A stretch of 64,000 nucleotides of DNA, taken from NCBI GenBank assembly GCA_021162935.1, contig JAGGXR010000063.1:10043-74042 (forward strand), read 5' to 3'. This DNA comes from Deltaproteobacteria bacterium (GTDB lineage Bacteria > Myxococcota_A > Polyangia > HGW-17 > SLPX01). The notes beneath the pieces are model-generated. The model saw only the letters and a program-made list of their open reading frames with translations. It did not search any database and was not told where the DNA came from. Both the position numbers and the translations under genes were made by a program. Shown piece after piece: positions 38,805 through 48,800 of the stretch (position 1 is its first letter; each line of letters begins with the position of its first letter).

Positions 38805-40565
38805 ATGGCACGAGGTATGTCCATTAGTGCAAAGATGATTGTGACGACGATGGGGTTGCTGGCCTTCGTCATCGTGTTGTTTGCCTATCTGAACTATCGG
38901 AACGTGACCAAGGTCTATGGTGATTCCACGGAGCGGCAGCGTCAGACATATGAAAAGAGCATCAAGGATGCCGCCGCCGCACAGATCATTGCGTTTGCAG
39001 AACCGAGCAAAGCAGCCATGCAGGAAGAGAATTGGGCTGCAGTGCAGCAATTCGTGGTTCCCATTCGCGAACGTGACCCACGAATTTTGTACATTTGGAT
39101 TGCCAACTCGGCGGGCAAGATCGTTGCCTCTGCCGATGAGAAGGAAAACAAGCGCGTTTCGAACAAAGTGGCCCAGAATTTCCTGCTGGATCCGGTTCGC
39201 AAACAGCTCGTGCCCCATAGGATCATTCCGAAAAAGCCATCGGGCAAGGTGTCTCCTATGCGGGTGGCGGGGAAGGTTCAGTCGTTTCATGGCATGCGTG
39301 TCATGGTCAATGCGGAACGGCTCATTTCGCAAGGTGTCTACGTCGGGGCGGTCGTCCTGGTCTACAGCTTGAAACAACTCGACGATATGGTCGGAAAGTT
39401 GACCAGAAGGAAAGTCCGTGAATCGCGAAAGGCCTTCATTCGAACGGCCATGGTGGGCGCATTGTTCCTTCTCGTCGGTGCCCTTTTGGCCATTGTTCAG
39501 GGCGTGAGTATTTCGCGACCCGTAAAGCGGTTGGCGGACAGTGCGGCCTTGATCGCCCGAGGTGACTTGGAATCACGAGTGGCCGTCAATACCGGCGGCG
39601 AGCTTGGACTTTTGGCTCAGAATTTCAATTTCATGGCCGATCAACTCGTGGTCCTGCTCCACGAGACCGCCACCAAGGCCACCATGGAAAAGGAACTGGA
39701 AGTGGCACGAACCATCCAGGAAGCCCTGGTTCCCAGTAACGAGGTCGTGGACAAGAACGGCGTCCTGCAACTTGCCGGTTTCTTCGAACCTGCGACGGAA
39801 TGCGGAGGGGACTGGTGGAGTTTCTTCGACATCGTCGATGACAAAGTGTTGATCATCATTGGGGACGTCACGGGACACGGCGTGCCTTCGGCTATGATCA
39901 CGGCGACGGCGAAGAGTGCCGTGGACACGCTGCGTTTTGTGAAGGATAATTCCTTGTCCGTGACCTATCTCATGGAGATCCTCAACAAGGCCATCTACGA
40001 GAGTGCGAAGCGTCAGTTCGTGATGACCTGTTTCGTCACGGTCGTGGATCTCAAGGCGTTGACCATTACGTATGCGAACGCGGGGCACAATTTTCCGTAT
40101 TTGTATCGGGAAGTGGATGGAAAGGGGCGGTTCAGCGTCTTGATGAAGAGAGGAAACCGACTGGGCGACCTGGTGGAATCCACGTATGAGTCCAAGACGG
40201 AAAAGGTACAGCCCGGCGATATTCTCGTTTGGTACACAGATGGTATCGTGGAATGTGAAAATGAGCGAGGCGAAGAATACGGAGAAAAGCGGTTCCGAGC
40301 GGCCATCAGGCGGGCTCGCAACGAAACCGTGGGTCCGTTGCGGGACGCAGTGGTGCATGAAGCCAACGAGTTTTTCGGCTCCATGCCGAGAAAAGACGAT
40401 ATCACCATGGTGGTGGGCCGGATCTATGCACCGGGCGAGGCTCCTTCTGTTCCGAGGAAGAGGCAAGCTGAAGATGCAGATCTCCAGGGATCTGAGAGTA
40501 CGCAGGGAGCTGAGAGTCCGACGGGGAAGGACGGCAATGGGGAGTCATCAGATGCGACGGCGTGA
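38805..40565 (+). CDS. Membrane sensor HAMP plus PP2C (SpoIIE/RsbU-type) serine phosphatase
   Basis: TM1, a periplasmic region of about 180 aa, then TM2. HAMP (PVKRLADSAALIARGDLESRVAVNTGGELGLLAQNFNFMADQL). PP2C motifs GDWWSF, IIIGDVTGHGVPSAM, VWYTDGI. ATG at 38805. Confidence 0.8.
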   Translation: MARGMSISAKMIVTTMGLLAFVIVLFAYLNYRNVTKVYGDSTERQRQTYEKSIKDAAAAQIIAFAEPSKAAMQEENWAAVQQFVVPIRERDPRILYIWIANSAGKIVASADEKENKRVSNKVAQNFLLDPVRKQLVPHRIIPKKPSGKVSPMRVAGKVQSFHGMRVMVNAERLISQGVYVGAVVLVYSLKQLDDMVGKLTRRKVRESRKAFIRTAMVGALFLLVGALLAIVQGVSISRPVKRLADSAALIARGDLESRVAVNTGGELGLLAQNFNFMADQLVVLLHETATKATMEKELEVARTIQEALVPSNEVVDKNGVLQLAGFFEPATECGGDWWSFFDIVDDKVLIIIGDVTGHGVPSAMITATAKSAVDTLRFVKDNSLSVTYLMEILNKAIYESAKRQFVMTCFVTVVDLKALTITYANAGHNFPYLYREVDGKGRFSVLMKRGNRLGDLVESTYESKTEKVQPGDILVWYTDGIVECENERGEEYGEKRFRAAIRRARNETVGPLRDAVVHEANEFFGSMPRKDDITMVVGRIYAPGEAPSVPRKRQAEDADLQGSESTQGAESPTGKDGNGESSDATA

Positions 40566-42984
40566 GACAGTAGTTCTGGCTTTGATTCTTGCAGCGATTT
40601 GGTCCAGCACGGTGCTGGCTCAGGGCCGAACGAGCACCGTGACGCAGGCTCAGCAGGCTGTTCGGGCCGGGGACAAGGCCTACGCGGCGAAACATTATAA
40701 AGAGGCCGAGGCCCAGTATCGGCGCGCGCTCGCCTACGACATGTCCCTAGTCGGGGCCGTGGAGAATCTGGCGGCCATTTACTATACGCAAGGAAGACAT
40801 CAGGAAGCCGTAACCCTGCTCAGGTCGGCATTGCGTGCGAATTCGAACAATGCCCATCTGCAGGAGTGGCTTGGTCTGCATTTGATCAAGCTCCATCATG
40901 CTGCCGAAGGGATTCGGTATCTGAAGGCTGCGGTCAAACAGGACCACAAGCTTTTCTTGGCGCAGATCAAGTTGGGGGCTCATTATTTGAAGACGAGGCA
41001 GTGGAAGAAGACGGTCGGGGCTTTTTGGAACTTTTTGAAGTACCGGCCAAAGTCTGCCAGTGCCCCGGATCCCGTGGTGCATCGGCTGCTCGGAGTGGCC
41101 TACATGCATCTGGGCCGATACCCCGAGGCTCAGACACGACTGCTCAGGTCTTTGGCGCTCAGACCAAAGTATGCGAGGGCCGAGTTGGACCTGGCCGAAG
41201 TGTATGTCGATCGCGGTTTTTGCGCGCCTGCTCTGGGAATCTTCCGGAAGTACCGCCGGTTGAGGAATCGTCGACCTCGCCTCATCTACCTCGCCTCGGT
41301 CTGCTACTTCAAGACCAAGAGCAAGGCGCAGGCGCTCAAGTCCATTACCGAGTATTTGCGTCGTCGACCGAACAGCCTGCGAGGCAGACTCCTCCTGGGT
41401 GATATCCATTTGTACTACAAGGAGTACAGCCATGCTCTGGCCGCCTTCAGGCGAGCCGTACGGTCGGCTCCCGCGTCTGTTCCCGCTGCCGTGAAGTACG
41501 CATCGGCACTCATCGGCCTCAGAATGTATGGCAAGGCCATTCGGGTGCTAGAAACGACGCTTCCACGGGCGGGAGACAACCCGGAACTCCTCGAAGCATT
41601 GGGCAAAGCCTATCTGAAGACAAAGAAGTATGCGGCGGCTGCCCGATATCTGCGGCGACTGACAGCCGCTCGGCCGAAGGCCGTGGCGGGTTGGGCCCTT
41701 CAGGGGAACGCCCTGTTCCTCATGGGCAAGACCGAAGATGCCATTACGTCGTACCGGAAGGCCCACGCATTGTCGCATGGCAAGAACAGTATGGCGCGAA
41801 ACGGTCTGGTCGCCGCCATGAATCGGAAGGCAGGGGACCTGCTCAAGGCTCACAATCGGCAAGCTGCTTTGGCGCTTCTCAAAGATGCCTATGGGTTGGA
41901 TCCGAGACGCTTGATGACCCTGCGCAATCTTGGCTTGTTGTATCTCCTGTCGGGCCAACCTCGCAAGGCGGTTGCCTTTCTCGAACGGTGTTTTCGCAAA
42001 GTGCCGCGGGATCTGGTGGTCAATCGATTGTTGGGGCGAATCTACCTCGAGCAGGGGCAACTCAACAACGCCAGGGCGAGCTACATTCGGGCTCGGCAGG
42101 CGGCCTATCGTATCGGAGGCGTGGTGCTCGGCGATGTCCAGACGGAGTTTGCGGTGCTGTTGGCCAGGCAGGGAAAATTGGACGACGCCATTTCGCAACT
42201 GAAGCAGGCTATCATCAATACGCGTGTCGACAAGCGGTCGAATCTCGTGGCTCGACGAGACTTCGTGGCTCTTTCGCTCGTTCTTGGTAGTCGCCTCCTG
42301 GAGGCCGGAAAAGGCGATGCGGCGCTCGCGTATCTCGAACCGGCGATCCAGGAGGCAAAGGGCCTGACGGGAACCAAGGCAGCCATGGTTCGTTTCCTGT
42401 TGGCCATGGCCTATGTCGACGTGGCAAAATGGGGAAAGGCCACCGCGTTGTTTCGAGCCATCGGAAAGGGGGGGGTGTTTCGAAAGGTCCTAAAACCGCC
42501 TTATGACAAGTTGGGTCTGAAGTTTTTCGAGGTCTATGCGGCCTATCGTCAGGGACGGTACGGTTATGCGGCGACATCTTTTCGCAAACTTGCCCGGCGG
42601 GCTAAGGGGACGTTACGAAAGAAGATCCAGGATATTCTGCGCTCCTGCAACGAGTACGACGCCACGAATATGCTGCGAAGCGGGCATTTGAAGCAAGCCA
42701 TTGCATCGTTGAGGGCGGCTGCGCGATATGGAGGGTCCCGGGAGGCCCGCCATAATTTGGCTCTGGCCCTGTACCGGGCAGGGCACGTGGCGAAGGCGAT
42801 TCGGATGTGGCGCTCAGGAGGAATGCCTCCCCAGGCCTGGTGCAACCTTGGTGCGCATTACGACAACATCGGGCAGCCTGCCAAGGCGTATGAGTTTTAC
42901 AAGAAGTGCGTGGCTCGGGGAGGTGGGGGCGCCGAGGTGCGTAAGAGGATTCAGGTCAAGCAGAAGCTGTTTGGATTCAAGTAG
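40552..42984 (+). CDS. Secreted TPR-repeat protein (810 aa)
   Basis: Start at the ATG at 40552 (MRRRETVVLALILAAIWSSTVLAQG signal peptide), overlapping the PP2C gene end by 14 bp. TPR repeats throughout. Confidence 0.7.
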   Translation: MRRRETVVLALILAAIWSSTVLAQGRTSTVTQAQQAVRAGDKAYAAKHYKEAEAQYRRALAYDMSLVGAVENLAAIYYTQGRHQEAVTLLRSALRANSNNAHLQEWLGLHLIKLHHAAEGIRYLKAAVKQDHKLFLAQIKLGAHYLKTRQWKKTVGAFWNFLKYRPKSASAPDPVVHRLLGVAYMHLGRYPEAQTRLLRSLALRPKYARAELDLAEVYVDRGFCAPALGIFRKYRRLRNRRPRLIYLASVCYFKTKSKAQALKSITEYLRRRPNSLRGRLLLGDIHLYYKEYSHALAAFRRAVRSAPASVPAAVKYASALIGLRMYGKAIRVLETTLPRAGDNPELLEALGKAYLKTKKYAAAARYLRRLTAARPKAVAGWALQGNALFLMGKTEDAITSYRKAHALSHGKNSMARNGLVAAMNRKAGDLLKAHNRQAALALLKDAYGLDPRRLMTLRNLGLLYLLSGQPRKAVAFLERCFRKVPRDLVVNRLLGRIYLEQGQLNNARASYIRARQAAYRIGGVVLGDVQTEFAVLLARQGKLDDAISQLKQAIINTRVDKRSNLVARRDFVALSLVLGSRLLEAGKGDAALAYLEPAIQEAKGLTGTKAAMVRFLLAMAYVDVAKWGKATALFRAIGKGGVFRKVLKPPYDKLGLKFFEVYAAYRQGRYGYAATSFRKLARRAKGTLRKKIQDILRSCNEYDATNMLRSGHLKQAIASLRAAARYGGSREARHNLALALYRAGHVAKAIRMWRSGGMPPQAWCNLGAHYDNIGQPAKAYEFYKKCVARGGGGAEVRKRIQVKQKLFGFK

Positions 42985-43010
42985 GCAAGAGGACGAACGG
43001 AGTGGATGTG

Positions 43011-43937
43011 ATGAATGCTCAGTTCAGATCGTCGTCGGCGGGGTTGCTGGCGATTTTGTTGGGAGGCATCGCCGTTCTCGTCGTGGCGTTTGCTGTGAGG
43101 CCGGATGATGCGCGGGCCCAAACACCGGGGGGCGTGACGCAACTCGTGCTTGGAATTTACTGCCCGAATGCGAAGTTCGGTGGAAGCGGCGCCCGCTGGG
43201 GGTACATCAATCGCGTGGCGAAGCACGTCGCGAACATCACGGGCATTCCCACCAAGGGCAGAGCGTTTGGCAGCTCCGGCTCTTTCGGAGGTAGTCTTGG
43301 GCGACTGGATTTTGCGGTGGTTGATCCGATTTATCTCTGTCGACACCGGGGCCGTTTGCGTGTTTTGCTCACCGGCAGGATGGGCGGTGGGTCTCGTGCT
43401 TCCTGGGCCCTGTTTGCACGATCGTCGGGTGGTGTCATGGGGTTGCGTGGCAAGAGACTCATCGTTGCCCAAGCCTCGGGGGCTGAGACGAGCTTTGCAG
43501 AAGGCATGTTTTATGGCCAGATTGCCGTGAGCAAGTTCTTTTCGAGGGTGAAGCGAGCTCCCGATCTCGCTTCGGCTGTGGCAGCTGTACGTGGCGGATC
43601 GGCGGACGCCGTTTTCGCCCCCACTTCCATGGGAGGTGGCCTGTCGCGTGTGTTTTCTGCCGGGAGCGTGCCCAACGCCGGGTTCGTGCTCGTTCGCAGG
43701 AGCCTGCCGGGGGCATTGGTCTCCAAGGTGCGGGCTGCTGTTCGAGGGTACGGTGCCGGCGGTGTCGGTGGCTGGGGGGGCGCTGGTGGCTACAGTTGTC
43801 GATTTGGGCGCAGACACTTCTCCATGGCGTCCGTGAGGCCTCGCCCTGTCCGGTTTTCGGGGGCTTCGGTTCTTCGCTTGCGTTTCGGTATGGACTTTTC
43901 CTTACAAGACGTGCAAAAATACTATTGGCGACCGTAG
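43011..43937 (+). CDS. Signal-anchored protein, possibly PhnD/SsuA-type periplasmic binding-protein-like; Gly-rich C-terminus
   Basis: N-terminal hydrophobic segment LLAILLGGIAVLVVAFAV. The segments LVLGIYCPN...GKRLIVAQASG...GGSADAVFAP resemble a type-2 periplasmic-binding-protein fold. Weak call. Confidence 0.35.
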   Translation: MNAQFRSSSAGLLAILLGGIAVLVVAFAVRPDDARAQTPGGVTQLVLGIYCPNAKFGGSGARWGYINRVAKHVANITGIPTKGRAFGSSGSFGGSLGRLDFAVVDPIYLCRHRGRLRVLLTGRMGGGSRASWALFARSSGGVMGLRGKRLIVAQASGAETSFAEGMFYGQIAVSKFFSRVKRAPDLASAVAAVRGGSADAVFAPTSMGGGLSRVFSAGSVPNAGFVLVRRSLPGALVSKVRAAVRGYGAGGVGGWGGAGGYSCRFGRRHFSMASVRPRPVRFSGASVLRLRFGMDFSLQDVQKYYWRP

Positions 43938-43967
43938 GAGTAGGAATGTAAGCGAGGCGACGTGTTC

Positions 43968-44516
43968 ATGGACGTTGATGTGAATCCAAACGGAAGAGAA
44001 TCTGCTGCCGTGGTACCCATGTCAGCAGGCGGTGGTAGTCAGGCCTTGACCTGGAAGGTCGAGGCAGGCCCGGACGGCCTGATCCGGGTGAGCCTTCGGG
44101 GCGAGGTGGATGAGAATGCCAATCTCGTGAAGTTGGCTTCGGATATGAAGGGGCGTGTGACCTTGGATTTGGCCGATGTTCGACGGATCAACTCGGCCGG
44201 TGTACGTGAGTGGGTGAACTTCGTTCGCAATCTTCCGAATGTCGAGGAAATGGAGTTCGTTCGTTGCAGCCCGACGATCGTCAATCAGTTGAATATGATC
44301 TACAATTTTCGGGGTGAAGCCGTCGTGAAAACGTTTTTTGCCCCGTATTTGTGCGAACATTGCGACGTGGAGGTTGATGTCCTCCTTGATGTGGACGTGC
44401 ATTTTCATGATCGGGATCCCAAGCACGTTCCCGAATTTCGGTGTCAACATTGTGGGAATCTTCTCGAATTCGATGACATCCCTGAACGGTATTTTGCCTT
44501 TGTTGCACAAGTGTGA
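43968..44516 (+). CDS. Soluble STAS-like domain plus Cys4 zinc-ribbon protein (third paralog)
   Basis: VTLDLADVRRINSAGVREWVNF...RCSPTIVNQLNMIYNF then FFAPYLCEHCD...CQHCG. Stop overlaps the histidine-kinase start (ATGA). Confidence 0.6.
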   Translation: MDVDVNPNGRESAAVVPMSAGGGSQALTWKVEAGPDGLIRVSLRGEVDENANLVKLASDMKGRVTLDLADVRRINSAGVREWVNFVRNLPNVEEMEFVRCSPTIVNQLNMIYNFRGEAVVKTFFAPYLCEHCDVEVDVLLDVDVHFHDRDPKHVPEFRCQHCGNLLEFDDIPERYFAFVAQV

Positions 44517-45850
44517 TGCCCCCTGAAATTGGTTTGGAATCAGACGTTGCCCTGCCGGATGTGGTTCGTCAACTTCTCGACGGACTGGCGGATGCTGCGG
44601 TCGTTCTCAGGAGGGATCGGACAGTCGTCTACTGGAATGACGCCTACCTCCATTATTCGGGTAAACGTCGTCGAGCGCTGAAGAGGGCGGCTGACGAGGG
44701 GCGTCCGTGTTTCGAAATTTTCGGGCTCGACATTTGCCACAAGGACTGCGCATTGGAGGCCACGGCGCATCTCGGCCGAGCGGTGCGTATGGATGAAATC
44801 GGTGCTGTGCGTGGCGACGGTGAGCACCTGACGCTCATTGTCACTGCAACTCCTCTCGGTCATGGGCTCTTTCTTGAAACGTATCGCGACGTGACGGCCG
44901 ATGCGCGCATTCAAAGGAACTACAAACTCCTCCTGGAGCGAGAGCGGGAGGCCAAAGAGGATCTCGAGCGGGTGGTGGGGGTCAGGACCGAGGAGTTGCG
45001 GACCGCAAATGCAGACCTCAAGGCCGCCCAGGCCATGCTGGTGCATCAGGAGAAGATGTCGTCACTTGGGCGGCTCGTTGCCGGGATTGCGCACGAGCTG
45101 AACAATCCCATCAATTTCGTTTATGGGAACATCGATTTCGTCGAAGAGTATTTCCAGAATGTGTTCAGCCTCGTGAAACGTTACGAGGAACTCTTGCCCG
45201 ATGATCCGGAGACCAAGGCCAAGGTCAACGCCTTCAAGGATGAGATCGAATACGATTACCTGATGCGGGATGCCACAAAGTTGCTGGCCAGCATTCGGTA
45301 CGGCGCTGAGAGAACGGCCTCCATCGTCCGGGACCTCAAGACATTCAGTCGTGCCGGGGCCGGTCAGATGGCCGAAGCAGACCTCGTTTCTGGAATCCAT
45401 GCGACCTTGAACCTGCTCCATTCGGTCATCAAGGATCGGATCGAGGTGGAGTTGGACATCGAGCCGCTCAAGCCAGTAATGTGCAACGTGGGGCACATCA
45501 ATCAGGTGTTCATGAACATCCTTCAGAACGCGGTGGATGCCATCGATGGTCCAGGCAAGATTGTGATCCGGACCAGAAACATGAAAGATGGCGTTCAGAT
45601 CGTGTTCAAGGACAGTGGGTCTGGGATCCCCTATGGGAATATCAGTAAGCTCTTTGAGCCGTTCTACACCACGAAGGGAGTCGGGAAGGGGACTGGTCTG
45701 GGCCTGGCCATCTGTGATGGCATCGTGCGGAGTCACGGAGGGCGCATCGGAGTGGAGAGTCGGCCTGGTTCCGGTGCCGTCTTTGTTTTGGAGTTGCCCT
45801 ACATGCCACCGGACATGAACGCTGCACGTGGTTCTGGCGAGAACGCGTGA
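44513..45850 (+). CDS. PAS sensor histidine kinase
   Basis: PAS-like N-terminus, coiled coil, HisKA H-box LVAGIAHELNNPINFV, HATPase N box (NILQNAVDA), G1 DSGSGIP and G2 GTGLGLAI. Confidence 0.85.
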   Translation: MMPPEIGLESDVALPDVVRQLLDGLADAAVVLRRDRTVVYWNDAYLHYSGKRRRALKRAADEGRPCFEIFGLDICHKDCALEATAHLGRAVRMDEIGAVRGDGEHLTLIVTATPLGHGLFLETYRDVTADARIQRNYKLLLEREREAKEDLERVVGVRTEELRTANADLKAAQAMLVHQEKMSSLGRLVAGIAHELNNPINFVYGNIDFVEEYFQNVFSLVKRYEELLPDDPETKAKVNAFKDEIEYDYLMRDATKLLASIRYGAERTASIVRDLKTFSRAGAGQMAEADLVSGIHATLNLLHSVIKDRIEVELDIEPLKPVMCNVGHINQVFMNILQNAVDAIDGPGKIVIRTRNMKDGVQIVFKDSGSGIPYGNISKLFEPFYTTKGVGKGTGLGLAICDGIVRSHGGRIGVESRPGSGAVFVLELPYMPPDMNAARGSGENA

Positions 45851-45853
45851 GCG

Positions 45854-48800
45854 TCAGGGGCGCCGTCGTCGTCGTCGGGGCATGCGGAATCCACCTTTGA
45901 ATCGACAGTAGGGCGGGCCGCCAGTGCTCGTTCGATGCAGCAATAGGATGGGAAAGGGGCGTCCGTAGAGGATTTGGGGATCCAGGAACTGCTTTTCCAG
46001 TTGGAAGGAATCCAGAAATCGCCGATGATAGCGCATCTTACGCCAGGAAAAGAAGGAGCGGGGCGCCGACACGATGTAGGCAAGTTTCGTGTGGCAGACC
46101 TTCTCGTAGAATCCTGTCTCGGTGAGGAGGCCGGCGAGGAAACGATTGGTGTTCGTGTCCACGATTTCCGCGGCAATATGGCGATGGGCGAGGAGTGCCA
46201 GCAACGGGGCAATCGCGGACGCCCCCACAATGGTTTCGTCTGGGGTCGTGTGGTCGTGGATGTACGCTGCGATGGTCGGTGCCGAGACGAAGTGGCGCTT
46301 CTTGTTCCAGAGGAATTGCCGGAATCCAGGGACGCTCTCGGCGCGGACCCGATGGTCTTCCCAGAATAGAGCTTTGACAGCAGGACTGAGGGCGTCGGCG
46401 ACCATGGGCTTGTGCCAGGCATAATGCAGAACCTGTCCCTTGCGGCGGAATTCCGACTTGTGGACATGTTGCGCCCAATTTTCACAACTTGGGTAGAGGC
46501 TGACCAGAAAGGTCAGCACGGCTGTCGACCACAAGAGTCGGGATCGATATCCGCCGATAACAGCGCCGACGCCAGACTTGGCCGATGCGCGGTGGGACCG
46601 CTGTGTTTTTCCGGTCTTGCTCCCTTTCGACGCTTTCGGCTCGTCTTTGTGAAGAGCGGATGATGATGGAACGGCCAGCCAGGCGGAGAGGAGCCTGATG
46701 AGACTGTATGCCGTCAGGATGGCCATGAGCGGATACCAGAGCACGAAGTAGAACGAGTAGAGACGGTGGAACATGCTGAATTCCACGACGAGGGCGGCGG
46801 TCACGAGCCACAAGATGGCGATGGTTCCATCGGAGTCGTTCCAGAAGAGTGCGCCCGCCAGGTTTTGGAATCTCGTCCATCCATTCTTGCGGTTGGTCTG
46901 GTGATCGAGTCGGAACCAGCGTTTCAGAAAATCGGCCCAGGGTCGTTCTGGGGCCGGACCGACCAATCCGGTCCTCGGAAGCAATCGTATTTTCACCGCC
47001 AGCCAAATCGGTAGGGCCAGCAGGGTCGTCCAGATCATGTGTCCATGATAGAAGCTGGTTTTCTTGAGGGACTTTCCGCTCATGAGAACGTAGACGTTGT
47101 AGAACAGCGCCTTGATCATGTGAATCGGGCCTTCCAGGTAGGTCATGTGGCGCGGGTCCATCGGCCGTTTTTTTCCGTGATATCGGTATACGCCATTCAA
47201 GAAAGCAGAGCCTGCCAGGCCATAGAACACCAGATTGAACGTGCCCCAGACGCCGAGCAGCCCTATTGCGTATGCGACGCCGAACCGGTTGCTCCGAGTG
47301 AAGGTCAGTATGATGAGCGCTGCTGCTGCTGCCGCCGAGTAGAAGCCAGTCGATAGAGCCGTGCCCATGAGCAGGCCAGAGACCAGAGGCCGACCAGACA
47401 CGAGCGCGTAGACCGACGTCATGACGAACATGACCGTCAGGTTGATGCCCGTCATGTTGACTGCTGCGTTCAGCACGGCGAAGGAATAGGCGTAGAGGGC
47501 CAGGGCCACGAGGGCTCCGATCCGACCGATGAGCTTCTTTCCAATGAGCAGCACCATGATGCCCGATACGAGGGCGGCACCCATCGAGATCATTTTGGCC
47601 AGCAGGATGTGGAAACCGAAGAGGCGGAACAGGAATGCTGGAATGAGGAGATGCACGGGAGGATGGGCAAAGAAGAAGTCGCGGTAGGGCAGCTTGCCGT
47701 GCGCGAGCAGCATGGCCTGGTAGTAGTAGATGTTTTCGTCCGTGGCCGTGTAGCCCATCGCCTGGAGTTCCAGGGCCACGAAACCAGCCAAGAGGGCGGC
47801 CGCCCCGATCCAAAAGGGAAGGGACTCCTGCCACCATGCTGTGGATGCCGAGGTGGCGTCATCCGACAGCGACTCTCCTTGTGCGGCCGTTTTGTCGTCC
47901 TTTTCCCGGCCCATCGACCATCGAGAGAGTGACTCCATGGAAAGCGTCCATGTCGAAGGAGGCTTCATCAGCAGATTCGCAGCGCACCATGCGACCAGGA
48001 GCATCCAGGCGCCTTCTGTCAGGGCGAGGAGCATGATCCCCATAGGACCGTGCGTTCCCGACAGGACGGCGAAGAGGGGACTGGTTGCAAGGAGCACGAT
48101 TGCCACGGCCCACAGCCACCGTACCATTGTTTTTTGCATAACGGTCAGGGCGACGGCGGAGACACCGGCTGCAATCCAGATGGTGAGGGCTGCGATTCCC
48201 GTGCCCACTTTGCCCTCTCCCAATGCGACTAAGGCGGAAACGAATGGAATGTGTCGTTCGCCCAGATGGTAGACTGGCATGACGGCGCTCAGAACGACGA
48301 TCGCCGCAGATGTAAGGCCCACCGAGCGGGCGAGGAGGTTGTCATGGTCCATGATGAAGGCCCAGAGGGCGCCGGACACCAGGGCCGATGCCGCAAGCAC
48401 AGAGCCCCCCCAGGGGGCGGCATTCCAGGCGCCGAAGGGCTGCATCCGCAGCGATGGATTGTACCAGCACAGCAGGGACAGACCAGCCAGACTAGCGGAA
48501 CCGGCAAGGACAGCCGGCCAGGAGCGGCTACGCAGCGAAGGGATCCAGGCGCCCACCGCTGCCAGACCGGACAGGGGGACCAGCAGCAACATGGCGGTGA
48601 TGATACCTGGACTGTCGAGGTGTGGACGGAGCAAGGGAGCATGTCCCATGACGTTCCACAGGAAGGCCTTGTCGGCCCAGGGAAGCAGAGACAAGACCAG
48701 GAGCAAGCCTCCAAGGACGAGGGGTGTCCAGGGAAATGAGAGCGGAGAGCTGAAAAACTCGTGACTCGGAGTCACCTGGATTGTTGCATGCGAATGCGGA

